A stretch of 64,000 nucleotides of DNA, taken from an uncultured Caulobacterales bacterium. GTDB lineage: Bacteria; Pseudomonadota; Alphaproteobacteria; Caulobacterales; Parvularculaceae. The DNA lies in the NCBI GenBank assembly GCA_964507915.1, contig CAZDRH010000009.1, forward strand, positions 64,011-128,010, written 5' to 3'. The first letter of the stretch is position 1. Every line of letters begins with the position of its first letter. Shown in pieces: positions 46,338 through 55,588 of this stretch. The notes below the pieces were generated by a model. The model was not told the DNA's origin and did no database searches. It worked only from the letters and a program-made list of their open reading frames with translations. Position numbers and translations under genes: made by a program.

Positions 46338-47192
46338 ATGCTGCAGCGCACACATCGCATAACGGCCAATGGCCTCACGCATTTCCTGCGCGACAGCGGG
46401 GCCGAAGGCGCGCCGGCGGCGATCCTTCTCCACGGGTTTCCGGATTCCTCGGCGGTCTGGGACAAGGTGACGCCCCGCCTGGTCGAAGCAGGCTTCCGGG
46501 TTCTTGCGCCGGACCTGCGCGGCTTCGGCGAGACGGACATGGCGCCGGCGACGGTTGACTATGACATTTCGACCGGCGCGATGCGCGATGTGCTCGGCCT
46601 TCTCGATGCGCTTGATCTGCGCCGTGTGCACCTCGTTGGGCATGATTTTGGCGCGGTCGTCGCCTGGGGGTTGGCCGCGGAACACGGGGACCGTTTCCAG
46701 ACGCTCGCCGCGCTGTCTGTCGGTCACCCAAGGGCCTATCTTTCGGCTGGCTTCGAGCAAAAAATCCGCAGCCTTTACGTCGTCTTCCACCAGTTCAGGG
46801 GGATTTGCGAAAGCGTCTATCGCCTCAACGATTGGGCTGCCTTGCGCCGGAACCTGCCGGATAGCGTCGATAAGGACGCCGTGATCGCCTTGCTCGCGCG
46901 GCCGGGCCGGCTGACGGCGGCGCTCAACTGGTACCGCGCCAATCTCAACTTCGAACGCCTCCGAACGCGTGCGCCGATCGCCATGGCGGGCGAGGGCAAC
47001 GTCGCCATCCCGACACTCGGCGTGTGGAGCAGCGGCGAACGGTACCTCGTCGAAGCCCAGATGATCGAGTCCGCCCGCTTTGTACGCGCGTCCTGGACCT
47101 ATGAGCGCATTGACGGGGCAAGCCACTGGATCCCAACGGATGCGCCGGACGCGCTCGCTGCGTTGCTCATTCGCCACTGGCGCGACGCTTAA
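46338..47192 (+). CDS. alpha/beta hydrolase (epoxide hydrolase-like)
   Basis: ILLHGFPDSSAVW, APDLRGFGETD, nucleophile elbow VGHDFGAVVAW, C-terminal ASHWIP. Confidence 0.85.
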   Translation: MLQRTHRITANGLTHFLRDSGAEGAPAAILLHGFPDSSAVWDKVTPRLVEAGFRVLAPDLRGFGETDMAPATVDYDISTGAMRDVLGLLDALDLRRVHLVGHDFGAVVAWGLAAEHGDRFQTLAALSVGHPRAYLSAGFEQKIRSLYVVFHQFRGICESVYRLNDWAALRRNLPDSVDKDAVIALLARPGRLTAALNWYRANLNFERLRTRAPIAMAGEGNVAIPTLGVWSSGERYLVEAQMIESARFVRASWTYERIDGASHWIPTDAPDALAALLIRHWRDA

Positions 47193-47416
47193 CCATGCTG
47201 TGCCCGCAACGGGACTGGCCGGCCCCGTGGCCCTCGGTCAGAATGCGCCCGGGCGGAGCGGTAAAGGCAAGTCGGTGAGGGCGACGTCAGCTCAGTCCTC
47301 CAGGCCGCTATTGCTATTGGCGAGAATGCGATGCGGCGCCGGCATTGCGGCGCGAAGACTTTGAATCAGCCGACGCAAAACGTCGTGCAAAATAGGACCG
47401 GTCAGGAGCGTAAAGC

Positions 47417-48550
47417 GTGCTCGATCAAGTGTTGCATCATCTTCTGGGGTTCGCGCAGGCCGCCGCCGACCAGGCGGCAAGCGGAGGCCAGCCGACCGTC
47501 GTCGTGCAGAAGACGGCGACGCAAAGCTTCATTGAGGGGCTGATCGGCCAGCTGCCCTGGCTCATTATCTTCATCTTGTTCTTCCTGCGGCCAGAATGGA
47601 TGCGAGCGCGGCGCAATGCCGAGATCGAGCAGATCTTCGCCCGCATCCAGCGCAAGCGGAAATCGCGCGTCATCGCACTCGTCCATCGCGTCGAGTCGAT
47701 GGGCTTCCTCGGCATTCCGAACCTGCGCTACATCGACCTCAATGACGCCGAGGATATTCTCGAAGCGATCCGCCGCACGCCGCCGAACCAGCCGATCGAC
47801 CTCGTCCTCCATACGCCCGGCGGACTCGTTCTCCCGGCGCTGCAGATCGCCAGGGCGCTGAAAGCCCACAAAGGCAAGAAGACCGTCTACGTCCCGCACT
47901 ACGCCATGTCTGGCGGCACGCTGATTGCGCTGTCTGCGGACGAAATCGTGCTGAACAGCCATGCGGTGCTCGGGCCCATCGACCCGCAGATCTGCGGGCT
48001 TCCCGCGGCCTCGATCCTGCGCGTCGCCAAGCAAAAATCGCCGGACGCGACGGACGACTACACCCTCGTCCTCGCCGATCTCGGCCAGATGGCGATCGAC
48101 CAGCTCGAGGCGGCCGCCAAGGAGCTGCTCAAGGGCACCGTCTCTGAGAACGCCGCGGCGAACATCGCGCAACTTCTCTCTAGCGGTCAGTGGACGCATG
48201 ATTATCCGATCGGCGCCGCCATGGCGAAGGAGATCGGCCTCAACGTATCGACAAGCTTCCCGGGCGACATCGCTGAACTCATGCGCCTCTTCCCGGACAC
48301 GCTCCGCCGCGCGCCAAGCGTGCGCTGGCTCGACGCCGGCGCGATGTTCCGCGGCAAGACGGCGCAAGCCGCGCCCGCCGCGTCGCAGCCGATGGGGGAA
48401 GCTGTGCCCTTCACCGGCTATCAGCCGGGACCGGGCGCGCGCAGCTTCAGCTACGGTCCCTGGGACCCGAACAGCCTGAAGCCGCGCGGCCATGTGCCGG
48501 GGCCTGGCTTCGACGATGTCAGAGAAAACCAGAGCCTCCGGCGGCGCTGA
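47417..48550 (+). CDS. SDH-family (PF01972-like) Clp-fold membrane serine protease
   Basis: GTG start after AGGAG. TM helix, then DLVLHTPGGLVLPALQIARAL and AMSGGTLIALSADEIV (Ser). About 90 aa Pro/Gly-rich C-terminal tail. Confidence 0.7.
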   Translation: MLDQVLHHLLGFAQAAADQAASGGQPTVVVQKTATQSFIEGLIGQLPWLIIFILFFLRPEWMRARRNAEIEQIFARIQRKRKSRVIALVHRVESMGFLGIPNLRYIDLNDAEDILEAIRRTPPNQPIDLVLHTPGGLVLPALQIARALKAHKGKKTVYVPHYAMSGGTLIALSADEIVLNSHAVLGPIDPQICGLPAASILRVAKQKSPDATDDYTLVLADLGQMAIDQLEAAAKELLKGTVSENAAANIAQLLSSGQWTHDYPIGAAMAKEIGLNVSTSFPGDIAELMRLFPDTLRRAPSVRWLDAGAMFRGKTAQAAPAASQPMGEAVPFTGYQPGPGARSFSYGPWDPNSLKPRGHVPGPGFDDVRENQSLRRR

Positions 48551-48566
48551 CGCTTTGCCGGAAGAA

Positions 48567-48795
48567 GCGCACTTCTCTTCCCCCGTCCTTGACGGGGAAA
48601 GTGGCGCAAAGCGCCGATGGGGGCCTCCATCCGCGCTCTCCGAATGGGCGGCGACAGCCCCCTTCGTCGGCTGCGCCGACACTTCCCCCGTCTCGCGACG
48701 GGGGAAGAGAAATTTTGGAAATGAAGCGCAATTCTCTTCCCCCGCGCCAGCGGGGGAAGTGGCGCGAAGCGCCGATGGGGGCCTCCATCCGCGCC
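48567..48795. repeat. three copies of a ~65-bp double-hairpin intergenic repeat (direct, inverted, direct)
   Basis: Copy 1 at ~48567-48636 and copy 3 at ~48726-48794 are near-identical (TTCTCTTCCCCCG..CGGGGGAAG hairpin plus GGCGC-RAA-GCGCC hairpin plus GATGGGGGCCTCCATCCGCGC). Copy 2 at ~48646-48711 is inverted and diverged, with a compensated stem GTCGGC-GCA-GCCGAC. Confidence 0.85.
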
Positions 48796-48811
48796 ACCCG
48801 AACAAGCAGAG

Positions 48812-49291
48812 TCAACCCTTGAAGGCGCTCGCCGGCAGGGGCGTCACAACCTTCCGCTCGACCTCGCGCAAGGTGAAGCTCGACTCGACTGTCGCGACCT
48901 TCGGCATACGGAGGATTGTTTCCGACAGAAACGACTCGTAAGCCGCAAGCGTCGGAATGACGACGCGGATGAAATAATCGAACTTGCCGGTGACGAGGTA
49001 GCATTCCATCACTTCGGGGCGCTTCTTGATCGCCGCTTCGAATTCGCGAAGCGTCGTGTCGTCCTCGCGCTCGAGCTTCACAAGGATGATCACCGTGACG
49101 TTGACGCCGAGCGCCTCGCGGTTGATCTCGGTGTGATAGCCCTTGATCACCCCTTCGGTTTCAAGCCGCCGCAGCCGCCGCAGGCACGGCGTCGGCGAAA
49201 GCCCCACCTTTTCGGCGAGTTCGGCGTTGGTGATGCGGGCGTTTTCCTGAAGATGTCTTAGAATCTTCTGGTCGATCTGATCGAGCTTCAT
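48812..49291 (-). CDS. lrp: Lrp/AsnC family transcriptional regulator
   Basis: Trimmed to ATG 49291. MKLDQIDQKILRHLQENARITNAELAEKVGLSPTPCLRRLRRLE; 159 aa. Confidence 0.9.
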   Translation of the reverse strand: MKLDQIDQKILRHLQENARITNAELAEKVGLSPTPCLRRLRRLETEGVIKGYHTEINREALGVNVTVIILVKLEREDDTTLREFEAAIKKRPEVMECYLVTGKFDYFIRVVIPTLAAYESFLSETILRMPKVATVESSFTLREVERKVVTPLPASAFKG

Positions 49292-49315
49292 CGGGTGTCC
49301 GTGGGGCCTTGCGCC

Positions 49316-49352
49316 TAGATTATTCTTTCTATTTAGCACGATCTGCTAAGTG
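49316..49352. promoter_or_regulatory. AT-rich candidate Lrp-binding/promoter region between divergent lrp and dehydrogenase genes
   Basis: TAGATTATTCTTTCTATTTAGCACGATCTGCTAAGTG is the only AT-rich tract in the 192-bp divergent intergenic region. It resembles degenerate Lrp boxes. Confidence 0.3.
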
Positions 49353-49483
49353 TCAAGCATGGCGGCGCCGTCTTTGGCAGAAGCCATTTTCACGAAAGCA
49401 GTAGCTTTAGGCGCGTGTCGGGGGTTGGCGGATTTTCGACCCCTGCGGACACGATGTGCGGCACAACAATAAGGAAACGCCCG

Positions 49484-50533
49484 ATGCAGCTACGCGATAT
49501 CGACGCCACCGGATGGCGGCGCATTGTCCACGTCACGGATGCGGCGGCCCGCCTCGAGGCCCTGATCGCCGTGCATGACGCAACGCTCGGCCCGGCTTGC
49601 GGCGGCTGCCGCATGCGCCCCTATGCGACGCTTGATGAGGCCCTCGCCGATGTGAAGAATCTTTCGCGCGGCATGACCTACAAGAACGCGCTCGGCGGCA
49701 TTCCCTTCGGCGGCGGCAAGGCCGTCATCATCGGCGATCCGCATAAGGACAAAACGCCGGCGCTCTTCCGCGCCTTCGGTGACGCGCTCAATGCGCTGGG
49801 CGGACTCTATTACACGGCGGAAGATTCCGGCATCAACGAGCATGACCTTGCAATCGTGCGCGAGGTCTCGCGCTGGGTCGGCGGCATCGAGGCCAAGGGA
49901 ATCGGCGGCAACCCGTCGCCCTTTACGGCGCGCGGCGTGTGGCGCGGCATCGAGGCGGCGGCGCGCCATCGTCTTGGCCGCGGCGACCTCAAAGGCCTCA
50001 AGATCTCCGTCGTCGGCGTCGGCGCCGTCGGCATGGCGCTCGCTGAACACCTCCATCGTGCGGGCGCCAGGCTCATCGTCGCCGACGTGAACCAGAAAGC
50101 CGTGCAGGAGGCCGTTCAGCGCTTCGGCGCCGAAGCGATGACGCCGGACGCAGCGGCCGCCGCAAACGTCGACATCTTCAGCCCGAATGCGCTCGGCGGC
50201 GCCATCAACGAGAAGAGCTTCGCCGGGCTTCAAGCGAAAATCGTCGCCGGCGGCGCCAACAACCAGCTCGCCACACCCGACCTCGACAAACGCCTCAGGG
50301 ACCGCGGCGTGCTCTATGCGCCGGACTATGTCATCAACGGCGCTGGAGTCATCTCCGTCGGACTCGAAATCCTCGGCCAGTGGTCGGCCGACGACATGAA
50401 TGCGCGCATTGACCGAATCGGCGAGACTCTCACGGGGATCTTCCGCCGCGCCGACCGCGAAGACCGCCCGACGGGCGTCATCGCAGACGAAATGGCGATG
50501 GAAGTGATCGCGCGCGCGAAGAAGGCAGCTTAA
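49484..50533 (+). CDS. Leu/Phe/Val (amino acid) dehydrogenase family protein
   Basis: Trimmed to ATG 49484 after AAGGAAA. GGCRM, MTYKNALGGIPFGGGKAVI (catalytic Lys region), VVGVGAVGMALAEHL Rossmann motif. Confidence 0.85.
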   Translation: MQLRDIDATGWRRIVHVTDAAARLEALIAVHDATLGPACGGCRMRPYATLDEALADVKNLSRGMTYKNALGGIPFGGGKAVIIGDPHKDKTPALFRAFGDALNALGGLYYTAEDSGINEHDLAIVREVSRWVGGIEAKGIGGNPSPFTARGVWRGIEAAARHRLGRGDLKGLKISVVGVGAVGMALAEHLHRAGARLIVADVNQKAVQEAVQRFGAEAMTPDAAAAANVDIFSPNALGGAINEKSFAGLQAKIVAGGANNQLATPDLDKRLRDRGVLYAPDYVINGAGVISVGLEILGQWSADDMNARIDRIGETLTGIFRRADREDRPTGVIADEMAMEVIARAKKAA

Positions 50534-50545
50534 GGGAAGCCGCCG

Positions 50546-51715
50546 TCAGGCGGCCTTCAGCGACCCGACAAACGTCTTGAAGAGGCCGAAGGAATCCTGC
50601 GGCCCCGGCGAGGCTTCCGGGTGGTGCTGCACGGAGAAGGCGGGCGCGTCAGTGAGCCTCAAGCCGCTATTCGTGCCGTCGAAGAGCGAGACGAAGGTCG
50701 GGCGCACATTGGCGGGCAGGCTCGCGGGATCGACCGTGAAGCCGTGATTCATCGACACGATCTCGACCTTGCCGGTTTGAAGGTCCTTCACCGGATGATT
50801 GGCGCCGTGATGGCCCTGCGCCATTTTCTGCGTTTTGGCGCCCGCGGCGAGCGCCAGCATCTGATGGCCGAGGCAGATGCCGAAGACGGGCGTCTTCGTT
50901 TCGATCAGCTTACGGATGACCGGGATCGCGTGCGCGCCGGTCGCCGCCGGGTCGCCGGGGCCGTTTGACAGAACGACGCCGTCCGGCTGTTTGGCCATAA
51001 TCTCGTCGAAACTCGCGCTCGCCGGCACGACGGTGACGCGCGCGCCCTCATCGGCAAGGAGGCGCAGGATGTTGCGTTTCACGCCATAGTCGATGACGAC
51101 GACATGCGGGCCCTTCCCGGCGCTCTTGCCGTAGCCTTTGCCCCAGCGCCAGGCGGTCTCGTCATGCGTGTAGGATTGCAGCGCCGAGACATCCTTGGCG
51201 AGGTCCTTGCCTTCAAGGCCTTCCCAGGCGCGGGCCTTGGCGCGCAGGGCCTCGATGTCGAAATTGCCGCTCGGGTTATGCGCGATGACGCCGTGCGGCA
51301 TGCCGTGATCGCGGATGCGCGCGGTGAGGGCGCGCGTGTCGACGCCGGAGATGGCGATGATGCCGCGGCGCTTCATCCACGCCGAAAGATCAAGCTGCGC
51401 GCGATAATTGGAGGGGCTCGTCGGCGCCTCGCGGAAGACGGCGCCGCGCGCAGCGATGGCGCCGGCGGGGGAGGCGTTCTCGATATCCTCCGCATTGACG
51501 CCGACATTGCCGATATGGGGGAAGGTGAAGGTGACGATCTGGCCGGCATAGGAAGGGTCGGTCAGGATCTCCTGGTAGCCGGTCATCGCCGTGTTGAAGC
51601 AGACCTCGCCGACAGCATCCCCGACCGCGCCGGCGCCGGCGCCGTGGAACAAGGACCCATCCGCCAGAACAAGCAGCGCCGTTGGCTTCTCCGCGGGTGT
51701 GGAGCAGAGCTTCAT
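50546..51715 (-). CDS. carA: carbamoyl-phosphate synthase small (glutaminase) subunit
   Basis: Trimmed to ATG 51715. FNTAMTGYQEILTDPSYAGQIVTFTFPHIGNVG, GICLGHQ (catalytic Cys), QHHPE. Confidence 0.92.
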   Translation of the reverse strand: MKLCSTPAEKPTALLVLADGSLFHGAGAGAVGDAVGEVCFNTAMTGYQEILTDPSYAGQIVTFTFPHIGNVGVNAEDIENASPAGAIAARGAVFREAPTSPSNYRAQLDLSAWMKRRGIIAISGVDTRALTARIRDHGMPHGVIAHNPSGNFDIEALRAKARAWEGLEGKDLAKDVSALQSYTHDETAWRWGKGYGKSAGKGPHVVVIDYGVKRNILRLLADEGARVTVVPASASFDEIMAKQPDGVVLSNGPGDPAATGAHAIPVIRKLIETKTPVFGICLGHQMLALAAGAKTQKMAQGHHGANHPVKDLQTGKVEIVSMNHGFTVDPASLPANVRPTFVSLFDGTNSGLRLTDAPAFSVQHHPEASPGPQDSFGLFKTFVGSLKAA

Positions 51716-51951
51716 CGAAAGCCGCCTTTCTCGTCGGGCCCGCGGGGCCGCGGGCAAACGGATGTGGGGGTTAGGGGAATTGGGGGAGGGGGGCAAGGGT
51801 TGGGGAGGACCATTGGCTCGTGGGATAGCGGACGATGGGCGTATTTTTGCCTGCTCGCTACGACACTCAAGCGATTTGACAGGACACAGAAAAGTAATGC
51901 AAGCGAGCTACCAGGTGAATCAATTCAGTTTCGCTTCGGGGAATCGCAAGC

Positions 51952-52923
51952 ATGCTCAGGGTTCTACTACTCGTTGCGACTGGTGTGCTCGGAATTTCGT
52001 CAGCCTTCGCGCAAGACGCCAAGGGCTTGAAAGACCACGCCATAGTCGGGCGATTCCTCGGCTCGAAGATCCTCAACGGAGAGGTGAAATCGTTTGACGA
52101 GCGCGCCCTGCAGAGCGCCAAACTCGCGGACAACGATACGGCCTTTAGCGCCGCCAATTCCATAACGCGGAGCGGCAAGATCACCAATCTGGTGTATGAG
52201 GGACCAAGAACAGCAAGTTCGATTGAGATCGCCGCCAACTACCGTCAACGCCTTGACACACTCGGCTACAAGACGATTTATGCCTGCGACACGGCCGCTT
52301 GCTCAGGCTTCGGCCCGATCAACCGGGCGGTAAACCTTACATTCGGTCAACCCGCGTGGGGCATGTGGAGTTTTGCCGGCGGGTATGGCCGCAATCCACG
52401 ATATGTGCTGATGGAACGAAGCGCTGACGGCACGCGTTCGACGGTCGCACTCCTGGTCGGTGAAGCGGGCAATGCAGGGGATGCCCCGCGATATGCCTTG
52501 CTGATCGTCGATCAGGCGGCGATGGCGACAGGTCAAATCACGGTTCCAACGCCGAAAGGTATTGCGGACGCGTTTGCCGCGGAGGGTAGCATTGATCTTT
52601 ACGGCGTTTTTTTCGACACGGGCTCAGCATCGATCAAGCCCGAGTCGGCGCCGACGCTGAAGGCGATCGCTGATCTCATGGCCCAGGAACCCAAGTTGTC
52701 GCTAATAGTCGTGGGACACACTGACAATGTCGGCGACTTCGCCGCAAATGTAAAACTGAGCCAGGCGCGCGCCGCAGCGGTGACGACGGCGCTCACGACG
52801 CAGCACAAGGTGGCGGCTACGCGCCTGACGCCTTTTGGAGCGGGCATGTCGTCGCCGGCCGCCTCCAACGCCACCGAAGCAGGCCGCGGCAGAAATCGTC
52901 GCGTGGAATTGACGCAACGCTGA
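51952..52923 (+). CDS. OmpA-family protein with N-terminal DUF4892-like domain, secreted
   Basis: Signal MLRVLLLVATGVLGISSAFA. C-terminal OmpA_C motifs FDTGSASIKP, VVGHTDNVG, LSQARAAAV, NRRVEL. GC is visibly lower than in the flanks. Confidence 0.8.
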   Translation: MLRVLLLVATGVLGISSAFAQDAKGLKDHAIVGRFLGSKILNGEVKSFDERALQSAKLADNDTAFSAANSITRSGKITNLVYEGPRTASSIEIAANYRQRLDTLGYKTIYACDTAACSGFGPINRAVNLTFGQPAWGMWSFAGGYGRNPRYVLMERSADGTRSTVALLVGEAGNAGDAPRYALLIVDQAAMATGQITVPTPKGIADAFAAEGSIDLYGVFFDTGSASIKPESAPTLKAIADLMAQEPKLSLIVVGHTDNVGDFAANVKLSQARAAAVTTALTTQHKVAATRLTPFGAGMSSPAASNATEAGRGRNRRVELTQR

Positions 52924-53155
52924 ACAAGGCGCGCTTCTTCGATCCGCCTGTGCAGACTGTTCCATTCCGGACGAAAGTTGCGGTCAAGCTTCGGCGTGAC
53001 GCCGCGGAAATCAGCGTGAAATGGTACGCCCGTCCGGACAACCGCTCCCCTAGTCTGGACAGCAGCTGCGATTTCCATAGTATTGTTCGCAACGCTGTCG
53101 AGGTCTGACCAATTCCTGATTGCCTCAAGTCCACGATACGCGCGATAGGGGGCCT

Positions 53156-53674
53156 ATGCCCCTTTTCCCACACCCCGAATCTGCGCCGCCCGCCGGGCTC
53201 GCGATCGACGCCTCCCTCCGGCGTGACGGGACGCTTCTCTGTTTCGACTATGCCGTGACCGGCCCCATCGACGCGCTCCGCCTCTCGCCGGCCGGCGCGC
53301 CGTTGCGGACGGATGGGCTCTGGGCCGCGACCTGTTTTGAGGCCTTCCTGCGCGCGCCGGGCTCCGATCCTTATGTCGAACTCAACTTTGCGCCCTCGAC
53401 GCGCTGGGCGGCATATCGCTTCGACTCCTGGCGCGCTGGCATGGCGCCGCTCTCTATGGAGGCGCCGCGCCTCGTCGTTGCGAAAACCGCCGACACGCTG
53501 ACCCTCCATGCGGAGATCGAGGCGGCGGCGTTGCCGCCGGGGCCGTTGCACGTCGCGCTCACCGCGGTGATCGAGGCGGCGGACGGCGCCAAATCCTATT
53601 GGGCGCTCGACCATGCGCCCGGCAAGCCGGACTTCCATGCCGCGGCCGGTTTCGTCTACGAGGTCGGCGCCTGA
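53156..53674 (+). CDS. conserved hypothetical protein (possibly DOMON-like fold)
   Basis: ATG 53156 after AGGGGG; the track TTG 53120 is the alternative start. WAATCFEAFL, YVELNFAPS, YWALDHAPGKPDFH. The family name comes from weak recollection only. Confidence 0.45.
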   Translation: MPLFPHPESAPPAGLAIDASLRRDGTLLCFDYAVTGPIDALRLSPAGAPLRTDGLWAATCFEAFLRAPGSDPYVELNFAPSTRWAAYRFDSWRAGMAPLSMEAPRLVVAKTADTLTLHAEIEAAALPPGPLHVALTAVIEAADGAKSYWALDHAPGKPDFHAAAGFVYEVGA

Positions 53675-53784
53675 GCGTGTTGCGGCGCGCTTCGTGACTC
53701 GCATTCGCTGGCGCGAATGCACTCCTCAGCGTGAAGGGGCGTCCGCGGGCCGATTACGCGAGGGCATTGCGATACGTTGCAAAT

Positions 53785-53870
53785 CCCGCTCATTCCGGCG
53801 AAAGCCGGAATCCAGCGCCGCGAGCCGTGCACGCGCGGCTCTGGGCTCCGGCTTTCGCCGGAGTGAGCGG
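53785..53870. repeat. nested inverted repeat of the 'IPAFAGM'-type hairpin element
   Basis: CCCGCTCATTCCGGCGAAAGCCGGAATCCAGCG (53785-53817) and its near-reverse-complement CTCTGGGCTCCGGCTTTCGCCGGAGTGAGCGG (53839-53870). Each arm holds its own CCGGC-GAAA-GCCGG hairpin. Confidence 0.8.
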
Positions 53871-53914
53871 TTGAGAGGTCGTGCACATATAGCGCCGCCG
53901 CAGAAGGAAAGCCC

Positions 53915-55123
53915 ATGATCCAATTCGGTCTCGATCGTCTGCTGGCGGACAAAGCCTTGCGCGCGCCGCTCGCGGGCAAGCGCGTCGCGCTGCTCGCGCA
54001 CCCCGCCTCGGTCACGGCGAACCTCACGCACGCGCTCGATGCGCTCGCTGCGCTCGGCGACGTGAATCTCACCGCGGCCTTCGGCCCGCAGCATGGCCTG
54101 CGCGGCGACAAGCAGGACAACATGATCGAGAGCCCGGATTTCAACGATCCGGTCCTCGGCATCCCCATCTTTTCGCTCTATGGCGAAGTGCGCCGCCCGA
54201 CCGACGCGAGCATGGAGACCTTCGACGTGCTCCTCGTTGACCTGCAGGACCTCGGCTGCCGCATCTACACCTTCATCACCACGCTGCTTTACGTGCTGGA
54301 GGCGGCGGCGCGGCACAAGAAAGCGGTATGGGTGCTCGATCGTCCGAACCCGGTCGGTCGTCCCGTCGAGGGGCTGACGCTGCGGCCGGGCTTTGAGAGT
54401 TTCGTCGGCGCGGGGGCGTTGCCGATGCGCCATGGCTTGACGCTCGGCGAACTGGCCTTCTGGTTCATCGACCGCTTCAAGCTCGATGTCGACTATCGCC
54501 TGATCGCGATGGAAGGCTGGCGCCCGGAAGAGGGGCCGGGCTTCGGCTGGCCGCTAGGGCAGAGGGCCTGGGTGAACCCAAGCCCCAATGCGCCGAACCT
54601 CTTTATGGCGCGCGCCTATGCCGGCACGGTGATGGTCGAGGGCGCGACCCTGTCGGAGGGGCGGGGCACGACGCGGCCGCTCGAACTCGTCGGCGCGCCC
54701 GATATTGATGCGCGCGCGGTGATCGCCGAAATGCGCCGCCTCGCGCCGCATTGGCTCAACGGCTGCGCGCTGCGCGACATCTGGTTCGAGCCGACCTTCC
54801 ACAAGCACGTCGGCAAGCTCTGTTCGGGCGTGATGATCCACACCGAGACGGGCTATGACCACGACGCCTTCCGGCCCTGGCGCGTGCAGGCGCTCGCTTT
54901 CAAGGCGATAAGGCGGCTCTATCCCGACTATGCGCTGTGGCGCGGGCCGGAATTCAAATATGAGTATGTCGTCGGCAAAACGGCGATCGACGTGATCAAC
55001 GGCTCCTCGCTGCTGCGGGAGTGGGTTGACGACAAGTCGTCGGCGCCGGGCGATCTCGACGCGCTGACCGCGCCGGACGAGGCGGCGTGGGCCGCCGAGC
55101 GGCGCGCTTATCTCAAATACTGA
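53915..55123 (+). CDS. DUF1343 family protein (exo-beta-N-acetylmuramidase NamZ-like)
   Basis: GKRVALLAHPASV, FGPQHGLRGD, IPIFSLYGE, DLQDLGCRIYTF, LDRPNP; 402 aa. Confidence 0.85.
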   Translation: MIQFGLDRLLADKALRAPLAGKRVALLAHPASVTANLTHALDALAALGDVNLTAAFGPQHGLRGDKQDNMIESPDFNDPVLGIPIFSLYGEVRRPTDASMETFDVLLVDLQDLGCRIYTFITTLLYVLEAAARHKKAVWVLDRPNPVGRPVEGLTLRPGFESFVGAGALPMRHGLTLGELAFWFIDRFKLDVDYRLIAMEGWRPEEGPGFGWPLGQRAWVNPSPNAPNLFMARAYAGTVMVEGATLSEGRGTTRPLELVGAPDIDARAVIAEMRRLAPHWLNGCALRDIWFEPTFHKHVGKLCSGVMIHTETGYDHDAFRPWRVQALAFKAIRRLYPDYALWRGPEFKYEYVVGKTAIDVINGSSLLREWVDDKSSAPGDLDALTAPDEAAWAAERRAYLKY

Positions 55124-55135
55124 TGGAGGCGACCA

Positions 55136-55588
55136 ATGCTCCGCGATCAAATCAACGACGCTCTCAAGACCGCGATGAAGTCCGGCGCTGCCGACCGCGT
55201 CTCGACACTCCGGCTCGTGACCTCGGCGCTGAAGGACCGCGACATCGCGCTGCGCGTCGACGGCAAGACGGTCGACGACGCCGAAATCCTCACGGTGCTG
55301 ACGAAAATGGTGAAGCAGCGCGAGGATTCGGCGACGCAGTATGACGCCGGCAAGCGCCCCGACCTTGCCGCCAAGGAGCGCGCTGAAATCTCGCTCATTC
55401 AGGAGTTCCTGCCGCGCCAGTTGAGTGAGGCCGAGATCGAAGCGGCCGTGAAGGCCGCACTTACGGAGACCGGCGCCGCGTCAATCAAGGATATGGGAAG
55501 GGCGATGGCCGCGCTCAAAGCCAAGCACGCGGGCGCGATGGATTTCGGCAAGGCGAGCGCCGCGCTGAAAAAGGCTCTCGGCGGCTGA
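55136..55588 (+). CDS. GatB/YqeY domain-containing protein
   Basis: MLRDQINDALKTAMKSG, KQREDSATQY, KDMGRAMAALKAKHAGAMDFGKASAALK; 150 aa. Confidence 0.88.
   Translation: MLRDQINDALKTAMKSGAADRVSTLRLVTSALKDRDIALRVDGKTVDDAEILTVLTKMVKQREDSATQYDAGKRPDLAAKERAEISLIQEFLPRQLSEAEIEAAVKAALTETGAASIKDMGRAMAALKAKHAGAMDFGKASAALKKALGG

Noticed and set aside
48567-48795. Possible small CRISPR array, because of repeated palindromic units.
   Set aside because: There are only three units, one of them inverted. Spacing is irregular, the spacers are themselves part of the repeat, and no cas genes are present. It is better explained as a REP/BIME-like cluster.
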